This document shows, piece after piece, positions 22,814 through 33,953 of a DNA stretch of 64,000 nt (its first letter is position 1; each line of letters opens with the position of its first letter). This DNA comes from an uncultured Candidatus Binatia bacterium (lineage in GTDB: Bacteria; Desulfobacterota; Binatia; UBA9968; CAXXLF01). The notes beneath the pieces were generated by a model. The model saw only the letters and a program-made list of their open reading frames with translations, was not told the DNA's origin and did no database searches. The position numbers and the translations under genes are program-made. Where the stretch lies: the NCBI GenBank assembly GCA_965218425.1, contig OZ244621.1, positions 2,112,001 to 2,176,000 on the forward strand, given 5' to 3'.

Positions 22814-24895
22814 ATGGCAAGAGATCTCGCATTACACAAATCCCGCAATATAGGCATCATGGCCCATATTGATGCGGGTAAAACCACCACCACGGAACGG
22901 GTTCTCTATTATACGGGTATCACGTACAAGATCGGTGAGGTCCATGAAGGTACGGCCACCATGGACTGGATGCAGCAGGAGCAGGAGCGCGGCATTACCA
23001 TCACTTCGGCCGCCACCACCTGTTCTTGGCGTGACCACCGAATCAATATCATTGATACCCCTGGCCACGTGGATTTTACCATCGAGGTGGAGCGGTGTCT
23101 CAGGGTCCTGGATGGGGCCGTAGCGGTCTTTGATTCGGTGGGAGGAGTAGAGCCTCAGTCGGAAACGGTTTGGCGTCAAGCGGATAAGTATGGGGTGCCG
23201 AGGATCGCCTTCGTAAATAAAATGGATCGGGTGGGAGCGGATTTTTTCCGGGTGGTGCAGATGATGAAGGATCGTCTCGGCACGAATCCACTACCGGTGC
23301 AGCTTCCCATCAAGATCGATGACAATTTTACCGGCGTGGTGGATCTGTTGCACATGAATGCCGTGGTGTGGGATGAGGAGAGTTTGGGGGCAAAGTTCCG
23401 GATTACAGCCATTCCTAATGAACTCAAGGCTCAGGCCGATGAATACCGTGAGAAGATCGTAGAGGCCGCGGCCGACGTTGATGACAAGATCATGGAAAAA
23501 TATCTGGGCGGTGAAGAGGTGTCCGAACCCGAGCTTCGCCCGGCCATTCGCAGGGGAGGCTTGGATCTCAAATTGGTGCCCGTAGTATGCGGATCCGCCT
23601 TCAGGAACAAAGGAGTCCAACCTCTATTGGATGCGGTGGTGGACTATCTTCCCTCACCTTTGGATGTTCCACCGGTTCGGGGACACCATTGCGTATCGCA
23701 AAAAGAAGAGGAAAGGCTCCCCAAGGCGGATAGTCCATTCTCGGCGTTGGCCTTCAAAATTATGACGGATCCCTATGTGGGAACCTTGGCCTTCTTTCGC
23801 GTCTACTCCGGCGTGCTGGCTGGAGGGTCGTACATCTATAATTCAACGAAAGACAGAAAAGAGAGAATCGGCCGGCTGCTCAAGATGCATGCCAACAAGC
23901 GGGAAGAGCTTAAAGAAGTGTGTGCCGGTGACATTGCCGCCGCTGTGGGCCTTAAAAATACAACCACCGGTGATACCCTGTGTGACGAAGTGGCTCCCAT
24001 CATTCTCGAATCCATTGAGTTTCCTGAACCTGTTATTTCTATTGCTATCGAACCAAAGAGTAAGGCGGACCAAGAAAAGCTTGGCCTCACCCTCCAGAAG
24101 TTAGCAACGGAAGATCCTTCTTTTAGGGTGCGTACGGATGAAGAAACCGGGCAGACCATTATCTCCGGCATGGGAGAACTCCACCTAGAGATCATCGTGG
24201 ACCGTCTCCTCAGGGAGTTTAACGTAGGCGCCAATGTGGGTCGCCCACAAGTGGCTTACAAAGAGACCATTCGCAAGGTAGTAGAGAAAGAGGGAAGATT
24301 TGTACGCCAGACCGGTGGCCGGGGTCAATTCGGACATGTTTATCTGCGGGTGGAGCCGAAGTCGCCGGGGGATGGTTTTAAGTTCGTGGATGCAGTCAAG
24401 GGGGGCAACATTGCGCGGGAATATATTCCTGCGGTAGAAAAAGGGGTCCGGGAAGCGATGGAGGCCGGTTGCCTCGCCGGTTACCCCATGGTGGATGTTG
24501 GTGTGACGCTTTTGGACGGAAGTTATCATGAAGTGGACTCCTCAGAAATTGCCTTTAAGATTGCAGGCTCCATGGCCTTCAAGGAGGCTGTGGCGAGGGC
24601 AGGGCCCGTTTTGCTGGAACCTGTTATGGCTGTGGAGGTGGTGGTACCGGAGGAGTTTATGGGTGAGGTCATCGGGGATGTGAGCGCCCGTCGGGGCAGG
24701 GTCCTGGGAATCGACTCTCGTCCTGCGGTGAAGGCCATCGAGGGTCGTGTCCCCTTGGCGGAGATGTTTGGTTATGCTACGGAGCTCAGATCCATGACCC
24801 AGGGAAGGGCAACCTATACCATGCAGTTCTCCCATTACGATCAAGTGCCCAGTTCCTTATCTGAGGAAATCAGTGCTAAGGCTGTCGGAACTTAA
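22814..24895 (+). CDS. fusA: Elongation factor G
   Basis: [17 protein letters not shown] and SYHEVDSSE motifs. Confidence 0.99.
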   Translation: MARDLALHKSRNIGIMAHIDAGKTTTTERVLYYTGITYKIGEVHEGTATMDWMQQEQERGITITSAATTCSWRDHRINIIDTPGHVDFTIEVERCLRVLDGAVAVFDSVGGVEPQSETVWRQADKYGVPRIAFVNKMDRVGADFFRVVQMMKDRLGTNPLPVQLPIKIDDNFTGVVDLLHMNAVVWDEESLGAKFRITAIPNELKAQADEYREKIVEAAADVDDKIMEKYLGGEEVSEPELRPAIRRGGLDLKLVPVVCGSAFRNKGVQPLLDAVVDYLPSPLDVPPVRGHHCVSQKEEERLPKADSPFSALAFKIMTDPYVGTLAFFRVYSGVLAGGSYIYNSTKDRKERIGRLLKMHANKREELKEVCAGDIAAAVGLKNTTTGDTLCDEVAPIILESIEFPEPVISIAIEPKSKADQEKLGLTLQKLATEDPSFRVRTDEETGQTIISGMGELHLEIIVDRLLREFNVGANVGRPQVAYKETIRKVVEKEGRFVRQTGGRGQFGHVYLRVEPKSPGDGFKFVDAVKGGNIAREYIPAVEKGVREAMEAGCLAGYPMVDVGVTLLDGSYHEVDSSEIAFKIAGSMAFKEAVARAGPVLLEPVMAVEVVVPEEFMGEVIGDVSARRGRVLGIDSRPAVKAIEGRVPLAEMFGYATELRSMTQGRATYTMQFSHYDQVPSSLSEEISAKAVGT

Positions 24896-24914
24896 CGATT
24901 ATTGAGGATTATCG

Positions 24915-25223
24915 GTGAATGAAAAAATACGCATACGGCTCAAGGCTTACGATTATCGGGTCTTAGACCAATCGGTTGGGGAAATCGTTGAAACCGTAAA
25001 GCGGACCGGTGGGAGGGTAGCTGGTCCCATCCCTCTCCCCACGCGCATTGAGCGGTTCACGGTCAATCGGTCTCCCCACGTGGATAAAAAATCCAGAGAG
25101 CAGTTTGAGATACGCACCCATAAGAGGCTACTGGACATCCTTGAGCCTACCCAGCAGACCATTGATGCCTTGGGAAAACTGGACCTCGCCGCGGGCGTGG
25201 ACGTGGAAATAAAATTACAGTGA
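24915..25223 (+). CDS. rpsJ: 30S ribosomal protein S10
   Basis: IRIRLKAYD and [13 protein letters not shown] motifs. Confidence 0.98.
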   Translation: MNEKIRIRLKAYDYRVLDQSVGEIVETVKRTGGRVAGPIPLPTRIERFTVNRSPHVDKKSREQFEIRTHKRLLDILEPTQQTIDALGKLDLAAGVDVEIKLQ

Positions 25224-25233
25224 ACGTAAAAAG

Positions 25234-25296
25234 AAATCTAAATTTGTAATTTGAGAATTTGAAATCCAAAATCCAAGATGAGAAGTTAAAAATTCA
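25234..25296. repeat. Degenerate heptamer tandem array
   Basis: AAATCTA AATTTGT AATTTGA GAATTTG AAATCCA AAATCCA AGATGAG AAGTTAA AAATTCA. Confidence 0.5.
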
Positions 25297-25306
25297 AGTG
25301 GCTCGT

Positions 25307-25942
25307 ATGAATGGTCTTATAGGCAGAAAAGTTGGGATGACTCAGGTCTTTAGCGAGGATGGCAACCTGGTTCCCGTCACGGCCATCGAGGCCGGTCCCT
25401 GCGTGGTGGTCCAAAAGAAGGACAAGGCAACAGACGGATATGAGGCCCTGCAATTGGGATTCGGATCGAAGAAAAGTCAGCGAGTCAATAAGCCGGATCA
25501 GGGTCATATGAGCAAAGCAGGAAAGGGGGCCTTTTCTGTGTTGAATGAGTTCCGCTCAGAAGAGGTGGCATCCTTTGAAGTGGGGCAGGAAATCAAGCTA
25601 TCGGATCTTTTTAAGGCGGGGGATCATGTGGATGTGACGGGAACCTCCAAGGGCAGGGGGTTTGCCGGGGTGATTAAACGTTGGGGGTTTGGTGGATTTC
25701 CGGGCTCCCACGGAACCCATGAGTATTTTCGCCATGGCGGAGCCATCGGTAATCGTTCTTATCCCGGGCGAGTCTTTCGGGGGAAGAAGATGGCGGGTCA
25801 GTTGGGCAATGAACAGGTCTCGGTCCAGAATCTAGAGGTGGTTCAGATTCGAGAAGATTCGAACCTCCTTTTGGTTAAAGGGGCCGTCCCGGGGGCTAAG
25901 AGGGGAATCCTGTTAATTCGAAGGACGGTGAAAAGGAAATAA
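25307..25942 (+). CDS. rplC: 50S ribosomal protein L3
   Basis: GRKVGMTQVF and SKGRGFAGVIKR motifs. Confidence 0.98.
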   Translation: MNGLIGRKVGMTQVFSEDGNLVPVTAIEAGPCVVVQKKDKATDGYEALQLGFGSKKSQRVNKPDQGHMSKAGKGAFSVLNEFRSEEVASFEVGQEIKLSDLFKAGDHVDVTGTSKGRGFAGVIKRWGFGGFPGSHGTHEYFRHGGAIGNRSYPGRVFRGKKMAGQLGNEQVSVQNLEVVQIREDSNLLLVKGAVPGAKRGILLIRRTVKRK

Positions 25943-25944
25943 CC

Positions 25945-26568
25945 ATGGCAGTCCAAGTCGTTCATCCCCAACTTCAGGAGCGTATATTTGGTGTCCCCAT
26001 ACGCCCTCGTCTCCTGCATCAAGTGGTATTGATGCAACTGAACAGCCGCCGATCCGGCACCGCGTCCACGAAAACAAGGGGTGTGGTACGTGGGAGCGGG
26101 AGAAAACCCTGGCGTCAGAAGGGAACGGGGCGGGCCCGTGCAGGTAGTGTGAGATCTCCTATTTGGGTTGGGGGAGGGACGGTGTTTGGTCCTCATCCTA
26201 GGGATTACTCCTATCGTTTACCTAAAAAGGCGCGCAGGGAGGCCTTGCTTACCGCCTTGAGCCTGCGGATGCAGGAGGAAAAGATTATCGTCGTGGACAA
26301 GTTGGAGCTTGCCGAGGTGAAGACCAAAGAGATGAAAAAGACTTTGGACGAATTGGGGGTGGAAAGCGCCCTAATCGTTATTTCTGAGCCAGATGAGAAA
26401 GTGGAACGCTCGGCGCGTAACCTTGCGGCTGTTAAGGTCCTTCGTGCTCAAGGACTTAATGTCTATGATATTCTCTGCTATAAGCATCTGATTCTAACGG
26501 AGAAATCACTGAAAGCCATCGAAGAGAGACTGGCTCCGGTCCAGGAGGTTGCCGGGGTGAGCGGGTAA
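25945..26568 (+). CDS. rplD: 50S ribosomal protein L4
   Basis: KPWRQKGTGRARAG motif. Confidence 0.97.
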   Translation: MAVQVVHPQLQERIFGVPIRPRLLHQVVLMQLNSRRSGTASTKTRGVVRGSGRKPWRQKGTGRARAGSVRSPIWVGGGTVFGPHPRDYSYRLPKKARREALLTALSLRMQEEKIIVVDKLELAEVKTKEMKKTLDELGVESALIVISEPDEKVERSARNLAAVKVLRAQGLNVYDILCYKHLILTEKSLKAIEERLAPVQEVAGVSG

Positions 26569-26606
26569 TTTATGGAGCGGAAAATCCTTTAGATTCGGAG
26601 ACGCGA

Positions 26607-26897
26607 ATGAGAGAGGCTGAAGAAATCATTAAGGCGCCTTTAATCACAGAGAAGGGATCTCTGTTGACCGAAAAGTCCAATCAGGTGCTGTTTAAGGTGC
26701 GCCCTGATGCCAATAAGATTGAAGTCAAAAAGGCCGTGGAAGAGCTCTTTAAAGTCAAAGTGGTCAAGGTGAGGACCAATCGCCACCTGGGAAAGATTCG
26801 GCGTATGGGCCGGAATTTTGGACGTCTGCCCCAGTGGAAGAAGGCCTATGTGACCCTCAAGGAAGGAGACCGGATTGACTTCTTTGGCGGGGCCTAG
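26607..26897 (+). CDS. rplW: 50S ribosomal protein L23
   Basis: PLITEK and WKKAYVTL motifs. Confidence 0.97.
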   Translation: MREAEEIIKAPLITEKGSLLTEKSNQVLFKVRPDANKIEVKKAVEELFKVKVVKVRTNRHLGKIRRMGRNFGRLPQWKKAYVTLKEGDRIDFFGGA

Positions 26898-26929
26898 AAC
26901 AGAGTTAACGCCTAGAAGGGTAGACAAAG

Positions 26930-27754
26930 ATGCCTATTAAGAATTTTGCACCCACTTCTCCGGGTAGACGTCTCTCCACCGGATTTACCTTTGAGGAAAT
27001 CACGAAGTCGAGGCCTGATAAGCACCTGGTACGACCGCTGAAGAGGAGCGGTGGGCGAAACAGCACAGGGCGAATTACCAGTGATCATCGGGGGGGAGGT
27101 CACAAACGTCTTTACCGGTTCATTGATTTCAAGCGGAACAAGCTTGGGGTTCCTGCACGGGTTGAGGCCATCGAGTATGATCCTAATCGTTCTGCGCGTA
27201 TTGCCCTGCTCTGTTATGCCGATGGAGAGCGTCGGTATATTTTGGCGCCGGACCAGCTCCGGGTGGGAGATCCCGTGATGACCGGTACTGACGATGTGGA
27301 TATCAAACCGGGCAATTCATTACCCATGAAGTTTATTCCGGTGGGCACGGTGCTTCACAATATTGAGCTCAAAATCGGCAAGGGAGGTCAGTTGGTCCGA
27401 AGCGCCGGCGCCGGCGCCCAGCTGATGGCAAAAGAGGGTGCCTACGCCCTGCTGAAACTTCCCTCTGGCGAACTGCGCAACGTGTTGGTGGAGTGTCGAG
27501 CCACGGTGGGACAGGTGGGAAATGTTGAGCATGAGAACGTCACCCTAGGAAAAGCGGGGAGATCCCGATGGATGCGCAGGAGGCCTGCCACACGGGGAAT
27601 GGCTAAGAATCCCGTGGACCATCCACATGGCGGGGGAGAGGGTCGTTCCAAGGGGAATCACCCCATGACTCCCTGGGGCAAGCCCACCAAGGGATACAAA
27701 ACGAGAAAAAGTCGGCTATCGGATAAGTATATTGTCAGACGGAGAAAGGCCTAA
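26930..27754 (+). CDS. rplB: 50S ribosomal protein L2
   Basis: [11 protein letters not shown] and DHPHGGGEG motifs. Confidence 0.98.
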   Translation: MPIKNFAPTSPGRRLSTGFTFEEITKSRPDKHLVRPLKRSGGRNSTGRITSDHRGGGHKRLYRFIDFKRNKLGVPARVEAIEYDPNRSARIALLCYADGERRYILAPDQLRVGDPVMTGTDDVDIKPGNSLPMKFIPVGTVLHNIELKIGKGGQLVRSAGAGAQLMAKEGAYALLKLPSGELRNVLVECRATVGQVGNVEHENVTLGKAGRSRWMRRRPATRGMAKNPVDHPHGGGEGRSKGNHPMTPWGKPTKGYKTRKSRLSDKYIVRRRKA

Positions 27755-27759
27755 ACCCA

Positions 27760-28101
27760 ATGGCACGCTCGGTTAAAAAGGGTCCCTTTGTGGACGATCA
27801 CCTGAAGAAAAAGATCGACGGCATGAATCGGACCGATGAGAAAAGGGTGTTGAAGACCTGGTCACGTCGTTCCACCGTGACACCGGACATGATCGGCCAC
27901 ACCATTGCCGTTCACAACGGCCGGAAGTTCATCCCAGTCTATGTCACCGAGAATATGGTGGGGCATAAACTGGGGGAATTTTCACCGACACGCACCTTTT
28001 ATAGCCATGCGGGAGACCGCAAGGGACAGGCAAAAGAGACCTCCTCGGCCCCCGTTACTTCGAGGGCTCCATCCGGAGGTGGCGCTCAAACTTCAAGCTA
28101 G
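27760..28101 (+). CDS. rpsS: 30S ribosomal protein S19
   Basis: RSVKKGPF and [11 protein letters not shown] motifs. Confidence 0.97.
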   Translation: MARSVKKGPFVDDHLKKKIDGMNRTDEKRVLKTWSRRSTVTPDMIGHTIAVHNGRKFIPVYVTENMVGHKLGEFSPTRTFYSHAGDRKGQAKETSSAPVTSRAPSGGGAQTSS

Positions 28102-28119
28102 CCAGCATTTGAATAGGTT

Positions 28120-28455
28120 ATGGAGACACGTGCAATGACAAAATTTCTCCGGGTTTCACCTCGTAAAGTAAGGCTAGTGGTGAATCAGATCCGGGGAAAA
28201 GAAGTGGATGCGGCTCTTAACATCCTGAAGTTTACGCCAAAACGTTCAGCGGCCATTGTAAGTAAAGTCCTTCGCACTGCCATTGTCAACGCCGAAAATA
28301 CGCAGAGTGTGGATGTGGATCGGCTTTACATCAAGCAGGTCAAGGTGGATGAGGGAGGCATGTGGAAACGCTTTATGCCCCGGGCCCAGGGCCGGGCCAC
28401 GCGAATTCGGAAACGGCTTAGCCATATTACCATAGTGATCGATGAGAGGACTTAA
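28120..28455 (+). CDS. rplV: 50S ribosomal protein L22
   Basis: SPRKVRLV and PRAQGRA motifs. Confidence 0.97.
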   Translation: METRAMTKFLRVSPRKVRLVVNQIRGKEVDAALNILKFTPKRSAAIVSKVLRTAIVNAENTQSVDVDRLYIKQVKVDEGGMWKRFMPRAQGRATRIRKRLSHITIVIDERT

Positions 28456-28460
28456 ACGGT

Positions 28461-29123
28461 ATGGGTCAAAAAACGCATCCTAAGATATTTCGTATCGGGG
28501 TCATCGAGTCGTGGGATTCCAAGTGGTACGCAGATCGTGACTATTCCCATCTGCTTCATGAGGATTTCAAGATCAAAAAGTTTATCAAGGGTCGACTCTT
28601 TCACGCAGGGATATCCAAGATTGAAATCGAGCGGGCCACCAATAAAGCGAAGATCAACATCCATACCGCTCGTCCCGGGATCGTCATTGGCAAAAAGGGT
28701 GCCGAGATTGAGAAACTGAAAGAAGATCTCTCTCATCTTACCGGCGGAGAGATATATATTAATATTCACGAGGTGCGCCGCCCGGATCTGGATGGACAAC
28801 TGGTGGCGGAAAACGTTGCCTTGCAGTTGCAAAGGCGCGTGGCCTTTCGAAGAGCCATGAAGGAGAGCGTTTCCCGTGCTTTGCGGATGGGGGCCCAGGG
28901 CATTAGGGTTCAGTGCGCGGGTCGGTTGGGGGGAGCAGAAATTGCACGTACCAATTGGTACCGTGAAGGACGGGTGCCACTGCATACCCTGCGTGCGGAT
29001 GTGAGTTACGGACTAGCGGAGGCCCAGACCACCTATGGGGTGATCGGGGTAAAGGTTTGGATCTTTCGTGGGGAGGTGTTGACGGAGGACGAGGAACAGC
29101 AGAAGGCGGCGTTGGGGGTGTAG
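28461..29123 (+). CDS. rpsC: 30S ribosomal protein S3
   Basis: MGQKTHP and [10 protein letters not shown] motifs. Confidence 0.98.
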   Translation: MGQKTHPKIFRIGVIESWDSKWYADRDYSHLLHEDFKIKKFIKGRLFHAGISKIEIERATNKAKINIHTARPGIVIGKKGAEIEKLKEDLSHLTGGEIYINIHEVRRPDLDGQLVAENVALQLQRRVAFRRAMKESVSRALRMGAQGIRVQCAGRLGGAEIARTNWYREGRVPLHTLRADVSYGLAEAQTTYGVIGVKVWIFRGEVLTEDEEQQKAALGV

Positions 29124-29129
29124 CAACCC

Positions 29130-29201
29130 AGTGCTGAGTTAGGAGTGCTGGGGGACGAGTTATGAAATCCAAAACTCAATCCTCAGGACTCGGCACTCGG
29201 A
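29130..29201. repeat. Inverted heptamer array
   Basis: AGTGCTG AGTTAGG AGTGCTG GGGGACG AGT ... ACTCAAT CCTCAGG ACTCGGC ACTCGGA. Confidence 0.6.
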
Positions 29202-29210
29202 GCTTATATT

Positions 29211-29621
29211 ATGTTGGAACCTAAAAAGGTAAAACACCGTAAGATTCAAAAAGGCAGAAGATCCGGGATGGCCATGCGCGGCTCTTCCCTGGCCTTTGGT
29301 GATTATGGATTGAAGGCGCTTGACCGAGGATGGATTACTGCCCGGGAAATCGAGGCCGCTCGAATTGCCCTTACCCGATTCCTCAAGCGAGGTGGCAAGG
29401 TATGGATCCGAATCTTTCCGGATAAACCCATTACCAAGAAGCCGGCTGAGGTCCGGATGGGAAAGGGGAAAGGAGCGCCGGAAAGCTGGGTGGCCGTGAT
29501 CAAACCAGGGAGAATCCTCTTCGAAATGGAAGGGGTCCAGAGCGAATCGGCCCGCGAGGCCTTTCGTCTAGCCTCTCACAAAATCTCCCTTCCCACTGGG
29601 TTTGTGAGGCGCGGGATATAG
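29211..29621 (+). CDS. rplP: 50S ribosomal protein L16
   Basis: IRIFPDKP and RMGKGKG motifs. Confidence 0.98.
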   Translation: MLEPKKVKHRKIQKGRRSGMAMRGSSLAFGDYGLKALDRGWITAREIEAARIALTRFLKRGGKVWIRIFPDKPITKKPAEVRMGKGKGAPESWVAVIKPGRILFEMEGVQSESAREAFRLASHKISLPTGFVRRGI

Positions 29622-29622
29622 T

Positions 29623-29835
29623 ATGGAGGCCAAGGAAATACGGGAGATGAACCGCGAGGAGATCATCCAAAAGCGCCGGGAACTCAAGCAACAGGTCTTT
29701 CACCTCAGATTGAGCCGGAGTGCCGGACGACTGGAGAGTTCAATTAAGTTGAGACAGACCAAAAGAGATCTGGCGCGCTTGGAGACTGTCTTGAGGGAAA
29801 AGGAAGCAGCCGAAGTCGGGACAAAAGCAGGATGA
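29623..29835 (+). CDS. rpmC: 50S ribosomal protein L29
   Basis: Operon position; KRDLARLETVL. Confidence 0.93.
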   Translation: MEAKEIREMNREEIIQKRRELKQQVFHLRLSRSAGRLESSIKLRQTKRDLARLETVLREKEAAEVGTKAG

Positions 29836-30146
29836 ATCAAAAAATCACTAGAAAAATTCGTGAGGGAAAGGTCACCAGCAATCGTATGCAGAAGACTGTG
29901 GTGGTCTCCATCGACAGGAATGTGCTGCACTCGAGGTACAAGAAATACCTCAAACGAAAAACCACAGTTAAAGCACATGATGAAAGAAACGAGTGTCAAA
30001 TTGGAGATCGAGTGCTCATCGTTGAGTGTCGACCGTTGAGCCATGATAAGTGTTGGCGTGTCCGGCGGATCCTGGAACGGAATGTCTCTGGCGGTACGGA
30101 TGTTGCTGGGGATCTAGGAGAATCCGGTCCCTCCCCTGCCGTTTAA
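29832..30146 (+). CDS. rpsQ: 30S ribosomal protein S17
   Basis: GKVTSNRMQKTVVV, AHDE and ECRPLS motifs. Confidence 0.96.
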   Translation: MNQKITRKIREGKVTSNRMQKTVVVSIDRNVLHSRYKKYLKRKTTVKAHDERNECQIGDRVLIVECRPLSHDKCWRVRRILERNVSGGTDVAGDLGESGPSPAV

Positions 30147-30172
30147 GATCTTTGTGATGAGGTGGAATTGTT

Positions 30173-30541
30173 ATGGTTCAGATGAGTACAGTTTTGGATG
30201 TTGCGGACAATTCGGGGGCGCGGAGGGTTCAGTGTATTCGAGTGCTTGGCGGTACCAGACGCAGGTACGCCTCCATTGGAGATATCATCGTGGTGGCCGT
30301 CAAGGAGGCCATTCCTAATTCGAAGGTGAAAAAAGGGGCGGTGATGAGGGCCGTGGTGGTTCGAACAGCCAAAGAAATTGGCCGCCCGGAAGGGAGCTAC
30401 ATTCGCTTTGACAATAACTCCGCTGTGCTCATCGACAATCAGAAGGAACCGGTGGGTACTCGTATCTTTGGGCCTGTGGCTCGTGAACTCAGGGCAAAGA
30501 AGTTTATGAAGATCATTTCCCTGGCGCCAGAGGTCATCTGA
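30173..30541 (+). CDS. rplN: 50S ribosomal protein L14
   Basis: VADNSGA and [13 protein letters not shown] motifs. Confidence 0.98.
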   Translation: MVQMSTVLDVADNSGARRVQCIRVLGGTRRRYASIGDIIVVAVKEAIPNSKVKKGAVMRAVVVRTAKEIGRPEGSYIRFDNNSAVLIDNQKEPVGTRIFGPVARELRAKKFMKIISLAPEVI

Positions 30542-30542
30542 A

Positions 30543-30860
30543 ATGGCAATGCATCTGCGCAAAAACGACAACGTGATGATCATCGCGGGTAAGGAGAGGG
30601 GCACCACGGGAAAAATTCTCAAGGTCCTTTCAGAAAAGGATCGGGCCATCATCGAGCGACTCAACCTGGTAAAGAGGCACACCAAACCCAGGGGACCACA
30701 ACAGCCGGGGGGAATAGTGGAAAAAGAGGCCTCCATTCACATCTCGAATCTAATGCTCATGTGTGACCGTTGTAATGCGCCCGTTCGGTTTGGACACAAG
30801 GTCCTGGGAGACGGGAAAAAAGTTAGAATTTGTCGTCGTTGTAGTGAAACCATCGATTAA
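30543..30860 (+). CDS. rplX: 50S ribosomal protein L24
   Basis: KOW motif; EASIHISN. Confidence 0.96.
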   Translation: MAMHLRKNDNVMIIAGKERGTTGKILKVLSEKDRAIIERLNLVKRHTKPRGPQQPGGIVEKEASIHISNLMLMCDRCNAPVRFGHKVLGDGKKVRICRRCSETID

Positions 30861-30868
30861 GGGAAACC

Positions 30869-31408
30869 GTGGCACGTTTGAAGGAAAAATATCAGGAACA
30901 GGTGGTCTCCTCTTTGATGAAGGAGTTCGGATACAAGAACCGTCATCAGGTTCCTCGCCTGGAAAAGATTACTTTGAATGTAAGCATGGGGGAGGCCATA
31001 CAAAACATCAAGGTCCTGGATGGAGCAGTGGCCGAGTTGAAGGCCATTAGCGGGCAGAAGCCGGTGGTAACCCGTGCCAGGAAGGACATTTCGAACTTCA
31101 AACTGCGAAAGGGAGTTCCCATTGGCTGCATGGTTACCCTTCGAAGGGAGCGAATGTACGAGTTCTTGGACCGGATGATTCATGTGGCTTTACCGCAGGT
31201 CAGAGATTTCAGGGGTCTTTCGGTCCGCTCATTTCAGGGTCATGGTGATTACTCGCTTGGGATCCGAGAGCAGATCATTTTTCCGGAGATTGCGGTGGAT
31301 TCAGTGGAGAAAGTTCATGGGCTCACGGTTTCAATCGTAACCACGGCCCGCACGGATGAAGAGGGCAAAGCGTTGCTCAAACAATTGGGGATGCCCTTTG
31401 CCAGTTAG
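30869..31408 (+). CDS. rplE: 50S ribosomal protein L5
   Basis: ISGQKP, VTLR and EQIIFPEI motifs. Confidence 0.97.
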   Translation: MARLKEKYQEQVVSSLMKEFGYKNRHQVPRLEKITLNVSMGEAIQNIKVLDGAVAELKAISGQKPVVTRARKDISNFKLRKGVPIGCMVTLRRERMYEFLDRMIHVALPQVRDFRGLSVRSFQGHGDYSLGIREQIIFPEIAVDSVEKVHGLTVSIVTTARTDEEGKALLKQLGMPFAS

Positions 31409-31425
31409 AAATCGAGGAATAGGAA

Positions 31426-31611
31426 ATGGCTAAAAAGTGTCTCCGAGTCAAGGCGGAACGGACCCCTAAATTTAAGGTCAGGACATACAACCGATGTCCT
31501 CTTTGCGGTCGTCCACGGGCCTTTTACCGGCGGTTTCGCATGTGCCGTATTTGCCTCAGGGACTTTGCGCGCAGAGGAGAAATCCCAGGGTTGATCAAAG
31601 CCAGCTGGTAG
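31426..31611 (+). CDS. rpsN: 30S ribosomal protein S14 (type Z, zinc-binding)
   Basis: 61 aa; CPLC...CRIC. Confidence 0.97.
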   Translation: MAKKCLRVKAERTPKFKVRTYNRCPLCGRPRAFYRRFRMCRICLRDFARRGEIPGLIKASW

Positions 31612-31624
31612 TTCGGAGAAAACT

Positions 31625-32029
31625 ATGGGAATGACAGATCCAATCGCAGACATGTTGACTCGAATTCGTAACGGCGGCCGGGCTCACCACCGGGAGGTGG
31701 AAATCCCTTGGTCTTGTATTAAGGAGAGTATGGCCCGTTTGTTGGTGCAAGAGGGCTATGTGCGGGACGTCAAGAGGGCCAAACCGAAGGACAAAGTGGG
31801 AGAGGTTCTCCGGGTCCAGCTCAAGTTTGATAAGAACGACAATCCGGTTATCACCGGCATCAAGCGGGTGAGTCGCCCAGGGCGCAGGGTCTATGTAGGA
31901 AAAAAGGAAATCCCGCAGGTCCGTCGTGGACTGGGAATTAACCTTCTCTCCACGCCAAGGGGGATTCTTGTGGATCGGCAGGCGCAGAAAACTGGAGTCG
32001 GTGGCGAGCTGCTTTGTTCCATATGGTAG
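31625..32029 (+). CDS. rpsH: 30S ribosomal protein S8
   Basis: DPIADMLTRIRN and SRPGRRVY motifs. Confidence 0.97.
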   Translation: MGMTDPIADMLTRIRNGGRAHHREVEIPWSCIKESMARLLVQEGYVRDVKRAKPKDKVGEVLRVQLKFDKNDNPVITGIKRVSRPGRRVYVGKKEIPQVRRGLGINLLSTPRGILVDRQAQKTGVGGELLCSIW

Positions 32030-32048
32030 GAGGCCGGTAAGGATAATC

Positions 32049-32594
32049 ATGTCACGTATTGGAAAAGCTCCCGTTTCAGTTCCTGACGGCGTTAAGGTGA
32101 CGTTGGGTGACGGAGCTGTCAGCGTGGAAGGTCCAAAAGGCAAGCTGATGACCACGGTGCCGGCAAAAATATTGGTCAAAGTTGAGGGAAAGGAACTTAC
32201 GGTAAGTCGCGAGTCGGACTCTCCGGGTGACAGGGCCATGCACGGATTGACTCGGAAACTCATCGGAAACATGGTGGAAGGGGTTAGCCGGGGATTCCGT
32301 CGCGTGCTGGCAATAAACGGTGTGGGGTATAAGGCAGATGTCAGTGGTCAGAAGTTGAATCTGACTCTGGGATATTCCCATCCCATCGAGTTTGCTTTGC
32401 CCCAAGGAGTTACGGCAAAAGTGGATCGACAGACAATGATAACTTTGGAGTCGTCGGACAAACAGGCATTGGGCCAGACTGCTGCCATGATACGGGGCCT
32501 AAAGGCCCCGGAACCCTACAAGGGCAAAGGGATTAAGTACCAGGAAGAAGTGATACGCCGTAAGGCCGGGAAGGCAGTAGGGGCTTCCAGCTAA
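32049..32594 (+). CDS. rplF: 50S ribosomal protein L6
   Basis: MSRIGK start; PEPYKGKGI. Confidence 0.97.
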   Translation: MSRIGKAPVSVPDGVKVTLGDGAVSVEGPKGKLMTTVPAKILVKVEGKELTVSRESDSPGDRAMHGLTRKLIGNMVEGVSRGFRRVLAINGVGYKADVSGQKLNLTLGYSHPIEFALPQGVTAKVDRQTMITLESSDKQALGQTAAMIRGLKAPEPYKGKGIKYQEEVIRRKAGKAVGASS

Positions 32595-32615
32595 AAATAT
32601 CGAACGAGGACTATC

Positions 32616-32981
32616 ATGCTCAGCTATCAGAGGACCCAGGGTCGAGAACGAAGACAGAAAAGGGTCAGGAAAAAAATCCTGGGAACCGACGGCCGTCCGC
32701 GTATCTGTGTTTATCGGAGTCACAAGCATATCTATGCCCAGGTTATATCAGACGAAAAAGGAGCCACCCTGGTGTCCATCTCGACCCTCTCGAAAGAATT
32801 GAAGGGGGTGGTGGCGAAGGATAAGGGAGTGGATGCGGCCAAAAAGGTGGGAGCTCATTTGGCAGAAGTATGTAAGGGCAAGGGAATCCATAACGTGATC
32901 TTTGACCGCAACGGTTTTCTCTTCCATGGCCGGATCAAGGCCTTGGCGGAGGCGGCGCGGGAGGCGGGTCTTAAGTTTTGA
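32616..32981 (+). CDS. rplR: 50S ribosomal protein L18
   Basis: [12 protein letters not shown]-terminal AREAGLKF. Confidence 0.97.
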   Translation: MLSYQRTQGRERRQKRVRKKILGTDGRPRICVYRSHKHIYAQVISDEKGATLVSISTLSKELKGVVAKDKGVDAAKKVGAHLAEVCKGKGIHNVIFDRNGFLFHGRIKALAEAAREAGLKF

Positions 32982-32992
32982 TTGGGGGAATC

Positions 32993-33490
32993 TTGGAACG
33001 GGTTGATCCACAAGGCCTAGAGTTAAGAGAAAAAGTCGTTCACATCAGCCGGGTGGCGAAGGTGGTGAAGGGAGGGCGGCGGTTCAGCTTTAATGCTCTG
33101 GTGGTTGTAGGTGACGGCAAGTTGCACGTAGGCTTCGGAATGGGCAAGGCTGGCGAGGTGCCAGAAGCCATTCGCAAAGGGGTGGAGCAGGCCAAGAAGA
33201 ATTTGATCAAGGTCCCCATAATCGACGGGACAATCCCCTTCGAGGTCACGGGTCGGTTTGGTGCGGGGTATGTGATTTTGAAGCCCGCTTCCGAAGGTAC
33301 GGGGGTGATTGCTGGTGGTGGGGTCCGGGCAGTGGTGGAGGCCGCAGGGATCCAAAATGCGCTTACGAAATGCATTGGGTCTAACAATCCGCACAATATG
33401 GTGAAGGCCACCATTGAAGCCCTGAGGGATCTGAAGTCTCCGGAGGAGATCGCTGGCCTCAGGGGCAAGTTGCTATCGGAGCTGCGTTAG
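32993..33490 (+). CDS. rpsE: 30S ribosomal protein S5 (TTG start inferred from SD)
   Basis: [14 protein letters not shown] and GTGVIAGG motifs. Confidence 0.97.
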   Translation: MERVDPQGLELREKVVHISRVAKVVKGGRRFSFNALVVVGDGKLHVGFGMGKAGEVPEAIRKGVEQAKKNLIKVPIIDGTIPFEVTGRFGAGYVILKPASEGTGVIAGGGVRAVVEAAGIQNALTKCIGSNNPHNMVKATIEALRDLKSPEEIAGLRGKLLSELR

Positions 33491-33503
33491 AGAAAGTATT
33501 CCT

Positions 33504-33953
33504 ATGGATCTCAGTGAATTGGCCGGTATTGCCGAACCCCAAAAGAAGCGAAAGAGAGTGGGGCGCGGGAACGGTTCGGGGCATGGAAAGACCTCCTGCC
33601 GTGGACACAAGGGACAGGGCGCTCGGGCTGGTGGCGGAACTCGTCCTGGATTCGAAGGCGGACAGATGCCTTTGCAAAGACGCATTCCGAAGCGGGGCTT
33701 CCACAGTCCTTTCAAAAAGAGATATTCCTTGATCAATGTGGGTCAGTTGGAGGTGCTGGATGCGGGCAGCGAGGTTTCACCGGAACTATTATGTGGCCGC
33801 GGGCTAGTGAGTAGCCGGGGTGATGGGGTGAAAATTCTGGGCAACGGAAGTCTCAGCAAGGCCTTGACCGTTAAGGCCCACGGTTTTTCGTCGAAAGCCA
33901 AAGAAAAGATCGAGGCTGCAGGCGGACGGGTAGAAGCACTTTCCCATGCTTGA
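33504..33953 (+). CDS. rplO: 50S ribosomal protein L15
   Basis: RVGRG and GFEGGQMPL motifs. Confidence 0.97.
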   Translation: MDLSELAGIAEPQKKRKRVGRGNGSGHGKTSCRGHKGQGARAGGGTRPGFEGGQMPLQRRIPKRGFHSPFKKRYSLINVGQLEVLDAGSEVSPELLCGRGLVSSRGDGVKILGNGSLSKALTVKAHGFSSKAKEKIEAAGGRVEALSHA

